64,000 bases of DNA, taken from assembly GCF_006345805.1 (NCBI RefSeq), contig NC_043000.1, forward strand, positions 12,276,001 through 12,340,000, written 5' to 3'. This DNA comes from Octopus sinensis (Eukaryota). Below are positions 24,567 through 38,079 of the stretch, piece after piece (the first letter of the stretch is position 1; each line of letters begins with the position of its first letter). Under the pieces are notes generated by a model. That model was not told the DNA's origin. It ran no database searches and saw only the letters and a program-made list of their open reading frames with translations. The position numbers and the translations under genes were made by a program.

Positions 24567-25977
24567 AGTTATATCTTATCCTTTTTCCTCCTTTCACTTT
24601 GAATGGATATAGCTTATAAAAAAAACTTGTAGCTGCAAATTATAGGAGTTGTGAGTGAATCCCAATGAATTATTAAATAATGAAGCCTGTTGGTTTGGTT
24701 TTCATCTCAGGCTACTGATGTGGTCCTAGTTTTACTGCAAGACTCTCTCTCTTATATATAACACCATGGGGGTATTCTAGTAACAATTGGTGGGTTGTCA
24801 AAAGGCAGTAAACTGGCAGAATCATTAGCATGCTGAACAAAATGTTTAGCAGCATTACATGTGACCCTATGTTCTGAGGTCTACTTTGCCTTTCATCTTT
24901 TCGGTTTACTAGCCCATCTCTTAAAATTTCAGGCTTTGTGATTGTAGAAAGAATTGTTGGGCTGTCAACCTTGTACCTTTATGTAAATGAATTGTATCTT
25001 CCACTACTTTTGAGGGATGGTGAGATGAGGGCTTGATGAATTGTTAGATAAGAAAGAACTAGTCATTTTGATTCTTAATCCAAGCTGCCAAAAATAGCCC
25101 AAATTAGTCTTATTTCACAAAAAGGTATAGGCAGATACAAGCCCTTACATATTCACAACTCCCACTATTGGTATTCTAATGCTTAGCCTTTATACTTATA
25201 TATGTATTTGGATGATTTGTATGATGACCACACTGCTGGAGTTGGTCAGTTATGGAATTGGAAATTGGATCATTCAGTTGCGAATACTTATGAGAATATA
25301 AACCTGCAAATGTCCACATCCTGACTGAAATGAAAAGATTATGTAGAGATTCAAATGAGATTTTTGTTCAAACTATTGAAATGATAGAGTATCAGATTAA
25401 CAATGTTTAGTTTTGTCTTATTTTATGTTCAAATTCTTTTGGAGGTTACTTTATATGTCATTATACTTCTACTGGATTCTATCTATGAAATAATACAAGA
25501 GTTGGTTCCTTTTGTTGTACAGCTCTCTATGTATATGTTAGAAATCATTATTTGCTTGCTAGCTTACATAATGTTTTTCATGCATCAAATGCAGGAAAAT
25601 GGTCGAGTTCACGTGGAAATTGTTTTGTTTGTCATGGTACACTGACACAGGCCATATATTATCTTTTCCAGATGCACAGCCTTTTAATATCAAAGCTATT
25701 TATTACCTTATGTTCTCCTTTAACAGTTTTTGTGTAAAATACTCTGTTTTTTTTCCTCTCCAAATTTGTATTCTTGATTTTACTAGCCATTCTAAGGTAA
25801 GAGATTTTAGTACAAATGTAGCGGTGTTTTCATAAGATATTAAGAGGGCTATCATTGCAAAACTGTTTGGAAAAAAATGATTATTTAAATGTATTGTAAT
25901 GTAAATGTAATTAAAGTCATTAGTGGGAAGTTTTTGTAGAAATAAAATGTAAATCTTGGAATTCACAATAAGGTAAA

Positions 25978-26052
25978 TGCTATGATGGTTTTATTTTTCG
26001 TCTCTGAATGTACCATTTACTTTGGTACTTGTTGATAATGAATGTCTGAGCA
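25978..26052 (+). ncRNA. SNORD56: Box C/D snoRNA, U56-like copy 1 (subfamily B)
   Basis: Box C ATGATGG 25982, guide ttatttttcgtc, D' CTGA 26004, internal stem gtacca/tggtac, C' ttgataa, box D CTGA 26046; external stem ttcacaataag/cttattgtgaa. Confidence 0.85.
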
Positions 26053-26469
26053 ATACTTATTGTGAAACATAAGGTACAACTGTGTGGTTAAGAAACTTGC
26101 TTTGCAATCATGCGGTTTCAGCTTTGATATCACTGCAAGGCACCTTGGGTGTCTTCTAAAACCCTGGGCTGTCTAATACCATGTGAGAGTATTTGGCAGA
26201 TCAAAGCTTGCAGGAAGCCTGTCATACATGTGTATATGTATGTTACATTCCACAGTTTGTTGTCGCTTGATATTTTTTACTGGCATTATGACAGGTCACT
26301 CTGTACTTTTAAAGACCTATGGAATAAATAAATTAGTATTTCAGTGTATTTCAATGTTTGAACTAAAAATTTAATAAAACATTTTTCCATCATAAATCTA
26401 AAGATGATTACAGAATAAGTGCAAATATTCATAGACCAGATAGTTCTTGCTTCAGTCTGTTTGACTAAT

Positions 26470-27430
26470 TTTTGTTTTTAGTGGTTTAGTTGGGAAGAAC
26501 AACATACCATTCTTTCCAACTAAACTAAATGCCCCTGGCATTTGTAAGGCCTCCAAGACTGGTGAGATATAAAGTGATTAATGAGATGAGTGGGTTGAGA
26601 GGGCCTGAATTGAGGTACTACAAAACTAGCCATTCCCAAGAGCAGATGTTACAGTAGTGGCAATAGAAAAGGCAGAGGAAGAATATAGCACATTTCGGTC
26701 AGTGGTTGGAATGTTAGCAATCAACTATAATCAATTTAGTCTCCTTTTGGATGCTGTCTAGGATGTGTAAAAGCAGAACTGTCCCAGATGTGTGATCAGT
26801 ATTCCATTGTGGGTATCACTTAAATTTTGTTTAGGGTGAGTAATGGGAGCTAAGTTATTATTTCCTGGCCTTAAGGCTAATCTTTGAGATAGAGCCTTTT
26901 GCGGTATTGATGGTTTGAGATTATCAATGATAGTGGAGTTCAGCATCCAGTGGCTTTGAGGGTGTGTTTGTTCAATAAGGAAGTTTGATATTTTCTTTGT
27001 GTTGTGATTGTGTCCATTAAAGTGTCAGAGATTAGAGTGACATAACCTCAATGGGAACAGTTTTTGAAGTTTCTGTTCAAAGAGTCTGCAGGTTTCACAT
27101 GTGTTTTTATAGTTTGGTGTTGTTCTCATTTTTAGAGCTGTGAAGGCTTTAAGAAATATACATAGATGATCCAGTTGTTACAGAAATAATAACAAAAAAA
27201 ATTGTATTACTCACCTATCTGTATGCAATAAAGGCTTTTGTTACTCTTACAACTGATTTAAAAGTGTGGTATTTGAAGTCTCAAGAATTAACATTTATGT
27301 ATTATAGAGATAACATGGAAAAACAGATGTAAAACTGGAAAGTATTGTAATAAGCTCTTGATAACTTATACAATGAGTGTTCTTGCATAGCTTGTGATAG
27401 ATCTTATTTTTGCAGTTATATTTGATTATA
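26470..27430 (-). mobile_element. Unclassified degraded interspersed repeat (homologous to 51860-52810 and 58765-58905)
   Basis: Colinear similarity, e.g. caagactggtgagata, ttggaatgtt...caatcaa, gttcttgcatagc...tttttg(c/a)agttatatttgatta. Confidence 0.55.
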
Positions 27431-27579
27431 CTGCATTTAGCCACTCAGTGTCATCCTCATTTAGCATCTGCTTTCCATGCTGACATGGGTTAGATGGTTT
27501 GACTGAAACTGGTAAGATGGAGAGCTGCACCAGGTTCCAATCTGATTTGGTATGGTATAGAAGCTAAATCCATAGTAGT

Positions 27580-28532
27580 ACCCAGTATTTGCTTCACAAA
27601 TTTTTCAAACTTTGACTCCCCATTTTGTGGGCTTTCCTGGCATATACTGTCGGAAGTGTACCCTACCTTTATACCCCACCATGCCCTCAATGGATAAATA
27701 TCTCCCAGGGTTGTAAAATGTTTTATATGCATTTTGCACACAGTTGATGAGAGGTCTTATTTTAAATAAGGGATCAAAGTTTGGTTCTCCACATACTGGG
27801 GTACTGCTAGTGTCTCTTACATGTAAATACATTTATGGCAAAAAATGCCTGTATTTCATCTATGGTTGCAGGAAACCACAAGCTATCTTTTTTTTTCCAG
27901 CTTGTTTACATTCTGCATAACGGTTTGTTTCTGTAGTGATTGCTTCATGCAGGAAAAAAGGAAAAGTCTAATGGTTTCACTTCCTGACAAAGACTATGGG
28001 TAGACCCTGTCTCTTCAGAAAAATTGTTAATAAAAACTTTTTTTAAGTCTTTACTTCATTGTGGTGTTAAATCATCCTCGCTGCTGATGTCGTCGCCACT
28101 TTCAGTTTCTTCAGAACTGCTGCTTTCGGTTTCAGATACAGAAATATCCAATTCATTTTCGTCCACCATGTGCTTGTACCTCATTCATTCTTTTCCTTGA
28201 TATCTCAATATCTTCTGTTGAAAAGCCTTCAAATTCAGAATCACTGCTTGATAGCATGAAACTCCTCTCCATTTTCGAAGTTGAAAAAAATTAACACCGA
28301 AAAAATGTGGAAAAAAAATCTTCCAAAATTCACAGAGTTCAAATATCATGCCAAACGATGTCGGATACAATAACTCAACTGTCTGCAAAGTGAAATCACA
28401 CGTTTTCACAAATGTACTAAGAAAGATTTGGGTTCAAATTTACATTTAAATAACAATGGTACTCTTGGCCAGCTACGGCCGGATTGGTCTTATGATCCAA
28501 AAAATTTTTCAGCCAGTTTAGTAACGAAAGGA
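27580..28532 (-). mobile_element. piggyBac transposase remnant (PGBD4-like) with 5' TIR and TTAA
   Basis: FDPLFKIRPL...YNPGRYLSIE...KGRVHFRQYMPGKPTKWGVK; TIR gtaacgaaagga followed by TTAA at 28533-36. Confidence 0.85.
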
Positions 28533-30579
28533 TTAATTTTAAACAGCATAATTCTAATAGAATTATTAGCATAGTCTTACTTGTTCACCAGAATTGGAGG
28601 AAAATTATCCCAACCATTGATCATGAAAATGTTGTTTTCCATCAGATATTTGTTTCATTGTTCAGCACTAGCCATCTTCAACTGACATTGATTGTGATGA
28701 CTAAGTTCAAAAGCTTGAGAACATTGTTCTTCCATAAAGATCAAGTAGTATTTTGTGGTCAAGGAATTGAACAGGTTGGTTAAATAACTATAAGCTATCA
28801 CAAACAATGATAATAATATAAAATATAATAATAATTCTTTGCTACATGTTTATTTATTTTAGTATGTGATGGCTTATTTGATATATTTTAAGTGTATTTA
28901 TTTAGTCTGTTTGGGAAAGTTATTGGGGTTATGTCTGTTTGGGAAAGTTGTTGGGGTTATGTCAAAATATTTTTGGCAAATCAAAGATGACAATCTTACA
29001 ATTGATCAGTTTTTGAAACTTTACAGCTTTCATATCAAACCAGATATAATCATAAATTGGCTCTCATAGTATATCAAATAGCATGGTGTTGAGCCTTGAT
29101 TTGATGAATTTTTGAATAAGGAAAGTAAAACAATGCCTGAGGCTGCATGTTTACCAAATATTTCATTGGTTGGAACCCTCTTGTGATTATATTTCTAATG
29201 GACTATACATGGTTTCAAAAACTTTTGAACATTAAGATTTTGGAGGAGTTTAGTAAAATAACCTTTTCATTAAGTTGTTGTGTGGAACATATTCACAATG
29301 TATTCTTCCATAAAATTATGATGAAAGAATTAAATTTATATATGAACCCTTTAACCTTCATTAATTAATTTGTAAAACTTGGTTAAAATGAAACCTGGAG
29401 AATTCTGGAAAGTACCCCCACTTTTTAAAAGCAAGTTAACTTGGTTCCTGTGCAGTAAGGGTTAAAATAGACAGTCTGGTATCAAAGAAGCATTCTCAGT
29501 GATTGGTATTAAATGGTATAGAATAACTGAAATGATGATTGTGTATTGCTTTAAGATTGACTTGCTAATGTCTTAAATGACATCTAAAAAAAATTATTCG
29601 TGATTCGTACATTAAGTAATTTAAAACCTTAGTCATAAATATGTTATTTAGAAGCTAAATATTTTCATTCTGGAACATACACAGAATATTGAAGATTGCT
29701 TATATCCTGGGTGTTGAAAGAGTTAAGAACTTTAAAAAAAATATTTTCAGTAGAAAGGAGTTTTATATAATGTCTTAAAGAAAAATTAAGTAGTATATTT
29801 AAATAGTAAACGTTTATAGCATTGGATCTCTGCCAAAGACTGGTTTTATGAGGGAAGTCACTTAAGTGATTTCCTTGTTGACATATGAGATTTCCAGGAG
29901 AATTTGAGGTAAGCATTCAAAGCTGACAGACCGTGTGCATGTGTGCACACAAGCAGGTACTAAAATTTAAGAAGCTCACTTCCCAGTGACATAGCTTTGA
30001 GTTCAGTCCCACTGTTTGGCATTGTAGGCATCCTGTACTATAGTCTTGTGAGTGGATTTGGTAAACAGAAACTGAAAAAAGATTCATAAATATATAATCA
30101 TCATCCTCATTGTTTCGATGTCCAATTTTTCATGCTTGCATGGGTCATGAAGTTTATTGAGGCACATTTTCTCTGGCTAGATGCTCTTTTGTTGCCAGCC
30201 CTCAATATCCAAGCAAGGTAACATTTCCCCACAGCCAGACACATTTTCAGAGGGATAGTGGAAATTGACACTGCTTGTATAATGGCAATACTCATTTAGG
30301 ACAATCACATTCTGTCAAGGCAAGTACACATATACATCCATCTGTAAATAAATATACAATATATATAATATATATATGTGGGCACAGGTGTGGCTATGTT
30401 TATAACTACAGTGGTACCTAGTATCTTCTCACAAACCTTCCCTACTTTTGTGCCTTATTTTATGGGCTTACCTGCCATATATTGCTGAAAATGTATTTAG
30501 CTTGGTAATAAACCAACCAGACTACAAAAACTATTACTGACTGGTAACAAGCATCATCTATACAGTGTCCAAGAAAGTT

Positions 30580-30764
30580 ATTAACATATTTCTGCTGAAA
30601 TATAGTCTTTTGTTTCAATAAATTTTGAAAATAATGAATTTAGTGCCACAACTTTGTTGTTAAGATGGTGTTTGGAACATAAATTGAAATTTTAAGGTAA
30701 TGTTTTAATCTTGTATTGTGGGACCTGGATTGGTCTCAGGTTGGTTGGTATCAAAAGGTTTAAA
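30580..30764. mobile_element. piggyBac-like MITE remnant
   Basis: End gtatcaaaaggtttaa resembles the TIR gtaacgaaaggg+ttaa. Confidence 0.4.
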
Positions 30765-31201
30765 TAGTGGGTGTCATAATACTGAGGAGCTTCCGTGAAT
30801 GCCTAATTTTCATCCCTGCAAAGCTGTCAAGAACATTTCCATAGAGGAAATGAGAAGTAATCATTAATTTCAAGTTATTGAGATTACTAAAAATTTTCAC
30901 TTGATTGGATTTCTAAAATATATTTGTTCTCACTTGCTACATCATTGATGGAGTAACTATCAAAAATTCTAATATCTGACTCACATGAGGTTATGTTTGT
31001 TAGATTTTTCAGTTTTTGTTACAGCTGAAAGTGAGGTGGTATCTCTCTGGTTTCAAATTATAGAAATGGTGGTGGGGTGGGGTCCCAAATTTTGGCTACT
31101 GCAAATTTCATGTAAGATATGAGAAAATTTGTTCATATTAAAAACTAGTCCATTAAAAAATCTGTTTGAGATAGGAGCAGTATACAAACCAAAAAGTATT
31201 G

Positions 31202-31340
31202 CTTATGACCACTTTAATGTGGCTGTTTTCTAAGAGACAATGAAACTGCCATTTAACCCCAGCTGGAGGAGATGTCTTTCTGGGGTTAAATGGCAGTATT
31301 GTTGTCTCTTAGTTGACAGCCACATGAAAGTGGTCATAAG
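31202..31340. repeat. Long fold-back (61-nt arms, 17-nt loop)
   Basis: Ungapped arms with 54 of 61 positions Watson-Crick complementary plus 3 G.U pairs. Confidence 0.92.
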
Positions 31341-34300
31341 AAAAACATAATTCATATTAGAAATGGTAAATACTAGTATTTTATAAAATGAAATTTTTTT
31401 TTAAAGACACCTCATCTCATGGAACCCTAGATTTTTTTCAAAGAACCTGCTCTAACAATCCTGATTTGATGCATTCTACACTGACATACTACAAGTGATG
31501 TCTGGTGCTCTGCAGATTTTGAAAAATAGGTTATAATTTTGTCATACATATGATTAATAAATATGTTATGCAATGATTCTTTTCTGCTTTATAATTTCCA
31601 AATGAAGTTTGTTAGTAATGTTTTACTTGATCTCTAGTGCACTACAAAGTCTAAAATGTCAAGAATCACTGATGTTGGGCCATGAAAATTTTAGGGGTGG
31701 TCTTGCCAGATATGTAGTGAAATGTGTTGATCTTAAAGTACATTTGCTGTAGGAAAGTAGGAAACCAGAAGATCCATCGCATTATTGTCCTTTACATAAT
31801 CAAACTATTTTACACTTATGTGTCCACTGTAAAAATTGCCCTGTCACCTTTTGACTAGAAAACAGAGACAATATTCTTCTGGTGGGTAATAAAAAAGAAA
31901 TTGTATGGTAGACAAGATTGAAAGGACTAAAGACACACCTTTGACCAAGTTCTCATCATATTCAAATACCACTTGAAAGGAGGTGGTGTTGGCCTGCAAT
32001 AAATATGCTGAAAGGTGGATCTAAGAGTGGCAAGTACTGGCTTGAACAACTGGAATACATGCCTACTAAAAAACAGCTAGAAGGGACCATTGCTCTAAGC
32101 AGTAAGAGAAATCTTGTCTATAGAGTGCCCCGATTGGCTTAAAGTAGATGTCGTTTTGGGAGATTTCATTTCTTTCCATTCTGTTGCTTTTGATGCCTAT
32201 TTTCTCACACTCACTTTGTTCCTGTAATATGTCCCTGTAATGTCCTCTTATCTGGTCTCCCTTGTGGCAATTAAATTCGTTTTGCTTGCAGTAATGAACA
32301 TCTCTTTACTTGGCCTACTTTACTTATCCTTTCTCTTAGGTGAGTGAACCAGTATTGGGCATCTGCAGGAGGTAGTGTCAATATAAACCTTCCCCTACCT
32401 AACACATTTCTCCAAATTTTTGGTCTTGTGACGATTTGAGATATTAATAATTTTTCAGACACAAATAGGCTCCGTTATTTCTCCAACTCATACTCTTGTT
32501 TCATTTATTTTGCTAATTAATACTTTGAAAAAGAAAGCTTGGTTTCATTTTCAAATTAGAACCACATCAGTTCACTTATAAATGTCTTAAGGAAGTTGCT
32601 ATGTCATGTCTTGCTCATCTATCCACTAAGAATCTCCAGTTCTCTGCATATGTAAGAAACAATTATTTGTACTGTTATAGATCTCTTTTAGATAAAATCA
32701 ATATAACCTAAATTACAGGGTATCAATTGGAATGTTCCAAGTTAACTGTTAATTTTTAGAAAGTAGAGTAAGGAAGGTGGGAAAAATCCAAGCTGTTTAG
32801 AGTTGGAACATAAAAGCAGGTTGTTTTAGATAATAAAAATAGAATTACTGTGGCTTGTATAGAGCAATATTCTGTCTATATCTCTCATATACATTTGATT
32901 GTAAGATTGTTTCATTTTTGGTAGTGGTGGGGGTAGGTCATTAAAATATATTCCAAAAATCTATCGTTGCCAATTGAAACTCACAATTATAAATGTTTGG
33001 GTCCTGTGTTATATATTATGTCGTTTTCTTCTTGGTTTTCTATCCTGTAGAAAGGTATTGTCCCTGTTTCTTAAGTGGTCAGAGTTGGATTTTGAATTTT
33101 TAGAGTTTTTTTGTTGTGTTTTTTTTTCTTTAGAACCCTGCATCTGAGCAGTCTATTTGCTTATCTCAACATATGCATAATAGCATGGTTTTTGTTTTAG
33201 AATTGGGTATGGCTATCACATTTATTATTAGTTGGTATGTATCGGTTCTAGGCAATAAAAGAATCAGAAGGGTACAAATGTTCCTACATTATGAATTGAA
33301 ATACTGTTAGAATTCACTGTTGCTCACTTATTTCAATTGTGATACAAGCTTCCTGTTTTAAAGTGATTGAGATTATAATCTGCCATCAAAATGTTAAATT
33401 ATGTGTCAAACACCAGCTTAACAATGACAATGTTATTTTGATTCATTATTTTCTAAATTAATTGAAACAAAAGCACTGTATTTTAGTTGAAATATGAAAA
33501 CAAAAGGGATAGTGTGTATCAGTAATATACTAGGATCAGTTCAATCAACTGTGTTCCATCCAATCTTATTTTGAGGACTTGTGGGAAATCAATATAATAA
33601 CTCTAAAAGATTAATGCATTTTGAGTACAGCTTCAAAACACATTAGCTTGTAGCTTATAGTAACTCAGAAAAACATGCTTATACAAGACTGGCTAATGAC
33701 TTAAACATTAAACTAAATTATTTTACCATTCTGTTAAAATTAAACTAAATCTAGATTAGTGTTCTAATACATTTTGGTGGAAATGTGTTACAAGATAGTA
33801 CCAAGGGATAGATGTAGGTTAACAATTTAGATATGGTTACTAGACATGAAATCAAATGATGATTCTGTGCAGATGAATTCAACTGATGCTAGGAAATCAA
33901 TATTTCACATGGTTGGAACATGCAATTTCCAGAGATATTCTTTCTAATAGCTGACCACTTCTCCCCATTGTTGGATTGACACCTCATTTGCAGCAGCATC
34001 TTATTCTGCCAATAAAAATTACTCCTTGCTTTCACATTGATCCCACTGCAATTAAAACAATATTTATTTAAGACTGTGTTATTACTGCAATTGTAGCATG
34101 GGCTTATCCAAAGACCCAGTCTTGGACAACTATGTTTTAACCCTGTTCCTGTATATCATGGGATACACAGGACATATTTCCCTGGCATCCATACATCATA
34201 TTTGATGTACTCTTTTACTCTTATTTGTTTCAATCATTGGACTGCAGCTATGCTGAAGCATCGCCTTTAGTTGAACAAATTGACTGCAGGGCTTATTCTT

Positions 34301-36482
34301 TGTTAGCCTAGTACTTATTCTATTGGTCTCTTTTGCTGAACCGCTAGGTTATAGGGACATAAGCACACCAACATCGGCTGTCAAACGATGGTGGGTGGAC
34401 ACACACACATGATGGGCTTCTTTCAGTTTCCATCTCCCAAATCCACTCACAAGGCTGGTAAGTTCGAGGCTATAGTAGAAGACACCCATGCAGTGGGACT
34501 GAGCATGGAACCATGTGGTTGGGAAGCAAGTTTTTTTACCACACAGCCACGCTGCACCTATTCCCAATTTTTTTACCCACCATAGTAACTTGAGACATAT
34601 CATTGGAAAGTTTTATATTACTGAAACATATGAAACAAGGGCTAATTAAGTCTGAAAACAAGCATGGACATTTTGGACAAACTTACAAAAATGCTTTGGA
34701 CAGACAAAGGGTTAACATTAGCCTAAGACCACAAATTTTACACTTCTTTTCATACTTGCATGGACAGGAAGGTTTATTTGTTAGAGCAGTTATTTTTTTA
34801 CAGTTAGCCTTCCTACTGCTAGCTGTTTAGCTGTGACATAGTTAGTGGACCTTTGTTTAGTGAAGCAAACTAGAGGTCACCAGTGTCTTGTACCTTATTC
34901 AGAGGTACCTGATAATGTACCCACTGTCCATTGCACCTCACAATGTTTGAAACCATTTGTTGGTGTGGTATTTTATTGTAGAGAAGTCTTTTCAGTCCTT
35001 TTGAATTAATTATCAATAATATACTGATATACAATTAAATATATTTCTCATCTACAAAAGTTGTTCATGTGCATAATTTAAAAAAAAAACATTTTATTGT
35101 AGCTCTTATGTTAGAAATTTTTTTTTTTAATTGTGACCCTATTAAACTTCTTGCACCAAGCTAAGTGCATCATATCTTTTTAACATAAACAAAATTTTTT
35201 TATTCCATAAAATGCATAAGTACTTTTTTAATATTTTAGAATCTTGTTCTACATCCTATTTTCTGAAATCATTTTGAAAGGTCTTGAGTGCAACATATTT
35301 CTTCATAATTTCTGTGAAATCAGTTATTATTTTATGCTTATATCTGTTTTGGTAATTTTTTTCTCTGGTTTAGTTGTCATTTAACTTGACATCCCATTCT
35401 GATAATCAGACATTGATTTGCATGAAATATCAACTCCAAAGAAGGCTCATGTTACACTTATAGAGGTGACATCTTTACCTACCTTGTCCAGATTGTTTAA
35501 ACACATTCTCTAGGCTATAATTGATATTCTGCCTGGTTTATTTAGCTTCTTTGCTCTAATTTATTTATAGTTTATTGAAAAATTGATGGTGGTTATTGTC
35601 AGTTGTCTCAACCTTTTCTGACCTAATCCTTCCGAAATTTGTAGCCTATTGCACACTCTCACTCCTGGTTCCTTGAGATTGATCCTTTTTGGTTACAGTG
35701 ACATTCCAGAAAACTAGAGCCGATAAAGGAAAATGTATTGAAAAACAGTTGAGCTAATTTTGTTGAGAGGGAGACATTAAAGTTATTTGTTTGACATTTT
35801 ATATGAAAAATTTGTTGTAAATTATAAAATTAATTGATAGAAATAAATGATTTAAATTATTTTTAGATTCCCAAATTGAATTGATAGTAAATATTGACTG
35901 ATATCGAAATACTATATTATTTAACATCAAGTTAAAACCAATAAAAATTTCACTTTTAGTGTTTCTGAAACTGTTTTCCATATTAGTTTGATTAAATAAA
36001 ATTAACTTTTAAGTTTTTATCTGGGTTTTTTCCCTTCTTCATTATAATAGTTTTTAAGAAGTTATCTGGGTTTAATTTGGAATTAGCATGACATGCCCAC
36101 AATTTAATGCTGCAAAACATATCATATGTTATATGTCAGGAATTATTTCTGGTATGAATGCTGTTTCAGTTGCTCCAGCAGTACCATAAACCCATATATA
36201 GTGTTCAGAAAGTTTGGCATGAAACCTCATTAGACCATTTGTTTGGATTTTTCCTATCAGCTGCATAAATTTATATGTGTGTATAATTTAATGTGTGCAT
36301 AGCACCTCGGGCAAGTGTCTTCTACTATGGTCCTTGGCCAACCAAATCTTTGCGAGTGGATATAGTAAACTAAAGTAGCTCGTGTGTTCAGGTGTTTGAG
36401 GTAAATTTGACAGTTTGCATAAAAGAAAAACAAAACACTATTCCATCCAAAAATGAAAGTATTAAAAAAAAAAATCCCAAAA

Positions 36483-37310
36483 CAAAGAAGCTAAATAAAC
36501 CAGGCAGAATATCAATTATAGCCTAGAAAATGTGCTTAAGCAATGGATAAGTTTACTCAAAGTAGCTGCCCTCAGTTTCTGCCATGACCTCTGGAACCTG
36601 GCGCATGCGTTCTTCACTGCATTGGTATTGTAGGCAGAGTGGTTGGTGAGTCTCTCAAAAGTGTCCCACATATAGTAATCCATGGGATTACAATTGGTGG
36701 GATTAGGAGGCAAGGCAAGAAGTTGGTTCTGGTGAAGTCATAGAAATTCTCTGACAACCACTTCTGACTCTTTCTGGTGGTATTGCTAGGAGCTTAAGCT
36801 ATCACATGTGGCCTTCCAGCAACAATCCTCTCCAACTAGGGATTGATGCTCCAGCAGCTTCACATAGCTACGGCCCTATTCAAAGGAGTAGAGATGAATT
36901 CCAGTGTGCATACACAGAATGCTTGCTGTGTCACTTCCTGCTGGCCATGGCTTCATAGTCTGTGTTGCAGCTCTCCATGTCCTGTCTTACAGCCTGTACA
37001 GTGTTCAGAGAGCATTGAGCAGCAGTCACGATGTCTGCATTTTGATACCTGGTACGAATCCTCATGATACAAATAACCCTTTTCCAATATTCAGATGGCT
37101 TCCATTCACCCATGTCAGCTAACGTTATTCTCACTCACAAATTTAATCTTTATGCTCTCCAGTGTTGTTAGCTGTTCACCAGTAACATCAAGCTGTTCCT
37201 GAAAATAAACAACACACACAGTATGTCTTAACATCATGTGATAGTTGTAAGAATTGTATCGCTTTCATTCAAGCTGTCCTCATAATTTCCAGTCTTATGT
37301 GAAAACGTAC
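36483..37310 (-). mobile_element. Tc1/mariner (maT/rosa-like) transposase remnant, internally deleted
   Basis: N-terminal WKPSEYWKR...AAQCSLNTVQAVR and C-terminal PPNPTNCNPMDYYMW (WPPxSPDxNPxDYxxW motif) followed by VKNACARF. Confidence 0.75.
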
Positions 37311-38079
37311 CTGGACTTGGTGGAATATTACCCTATTACCAATGAGGATTGATGTCTGGCCATAGAAAATTTGCCAGGGCAGATTTTGTCTGATCCATCC
37401 ATCCATCCATCCATTCATGCATGCATGCATGGATGGAAAAATAGATGTTGAAATAACAATGTTAATGTGTGTTCAGTGAGAAAATATCTGGTGATGTAAT
37501 TTCGGATTGCAAATGATATAAATATGCTGGGTAAATAAGCATGATTGAATTATAGAAGATGAAAAAAAAAAAATTGTTATATGCAGAGAAACCTCTATTT
37601 GGATGTTGTCTCACTGTTGTGTGATATATTCTGTTGATGAATTGAAGTTATAACTAAAATGGCAGCTTTTTTTAAATTCTTTTTGTTTTAGTTATCATTG
37701 AAATAATTCTTCACTAATGAGTGTCTGTTCAAATATTTTTATTCTTTAAAATTTATTTTAGTGTATTTGAAGAGTTCCATCGTTATATCTGTGATGTGAA
37801 ATTTTTCTATTAAACCAAATGGTTGTGGAGATTGAACTATATGTTGGATTAATTTTGAATTAAAGAGGCTAACTCTTGTCTCTTTGGTCTTTAATGCCAC
37901 ATTGCCTGAAATAAAATCATTTTTTTCATATGCTGAACATAGAGATTTATTGTTAGTTAATTAATATTTGAAATATTAACTAGGAATAGTACTTCGGATT
38001 TGGTGTAATACTTATTTACAAATAAGACCTATTGTTTTTATTGCTTATTTATATTTCTCTTTTCTTTTTCTTTTTTCAG

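Noticed and set aside
25221-25328. ATGATGA...CTGA box C/D-like pair
   Set aside because: No terminal stem and no recognisable rRNA or snRNA antisense element; similar weak pairs at 33856 and 49931 were also dropped
37141-37200. Minus-strand 60-nt AG/GT-bounded open segment (EQLDVTGEQLTTLESIKIKF)
   Set aside because: Lies within the 5' region of the maT-like transposon, directly before its transposase start
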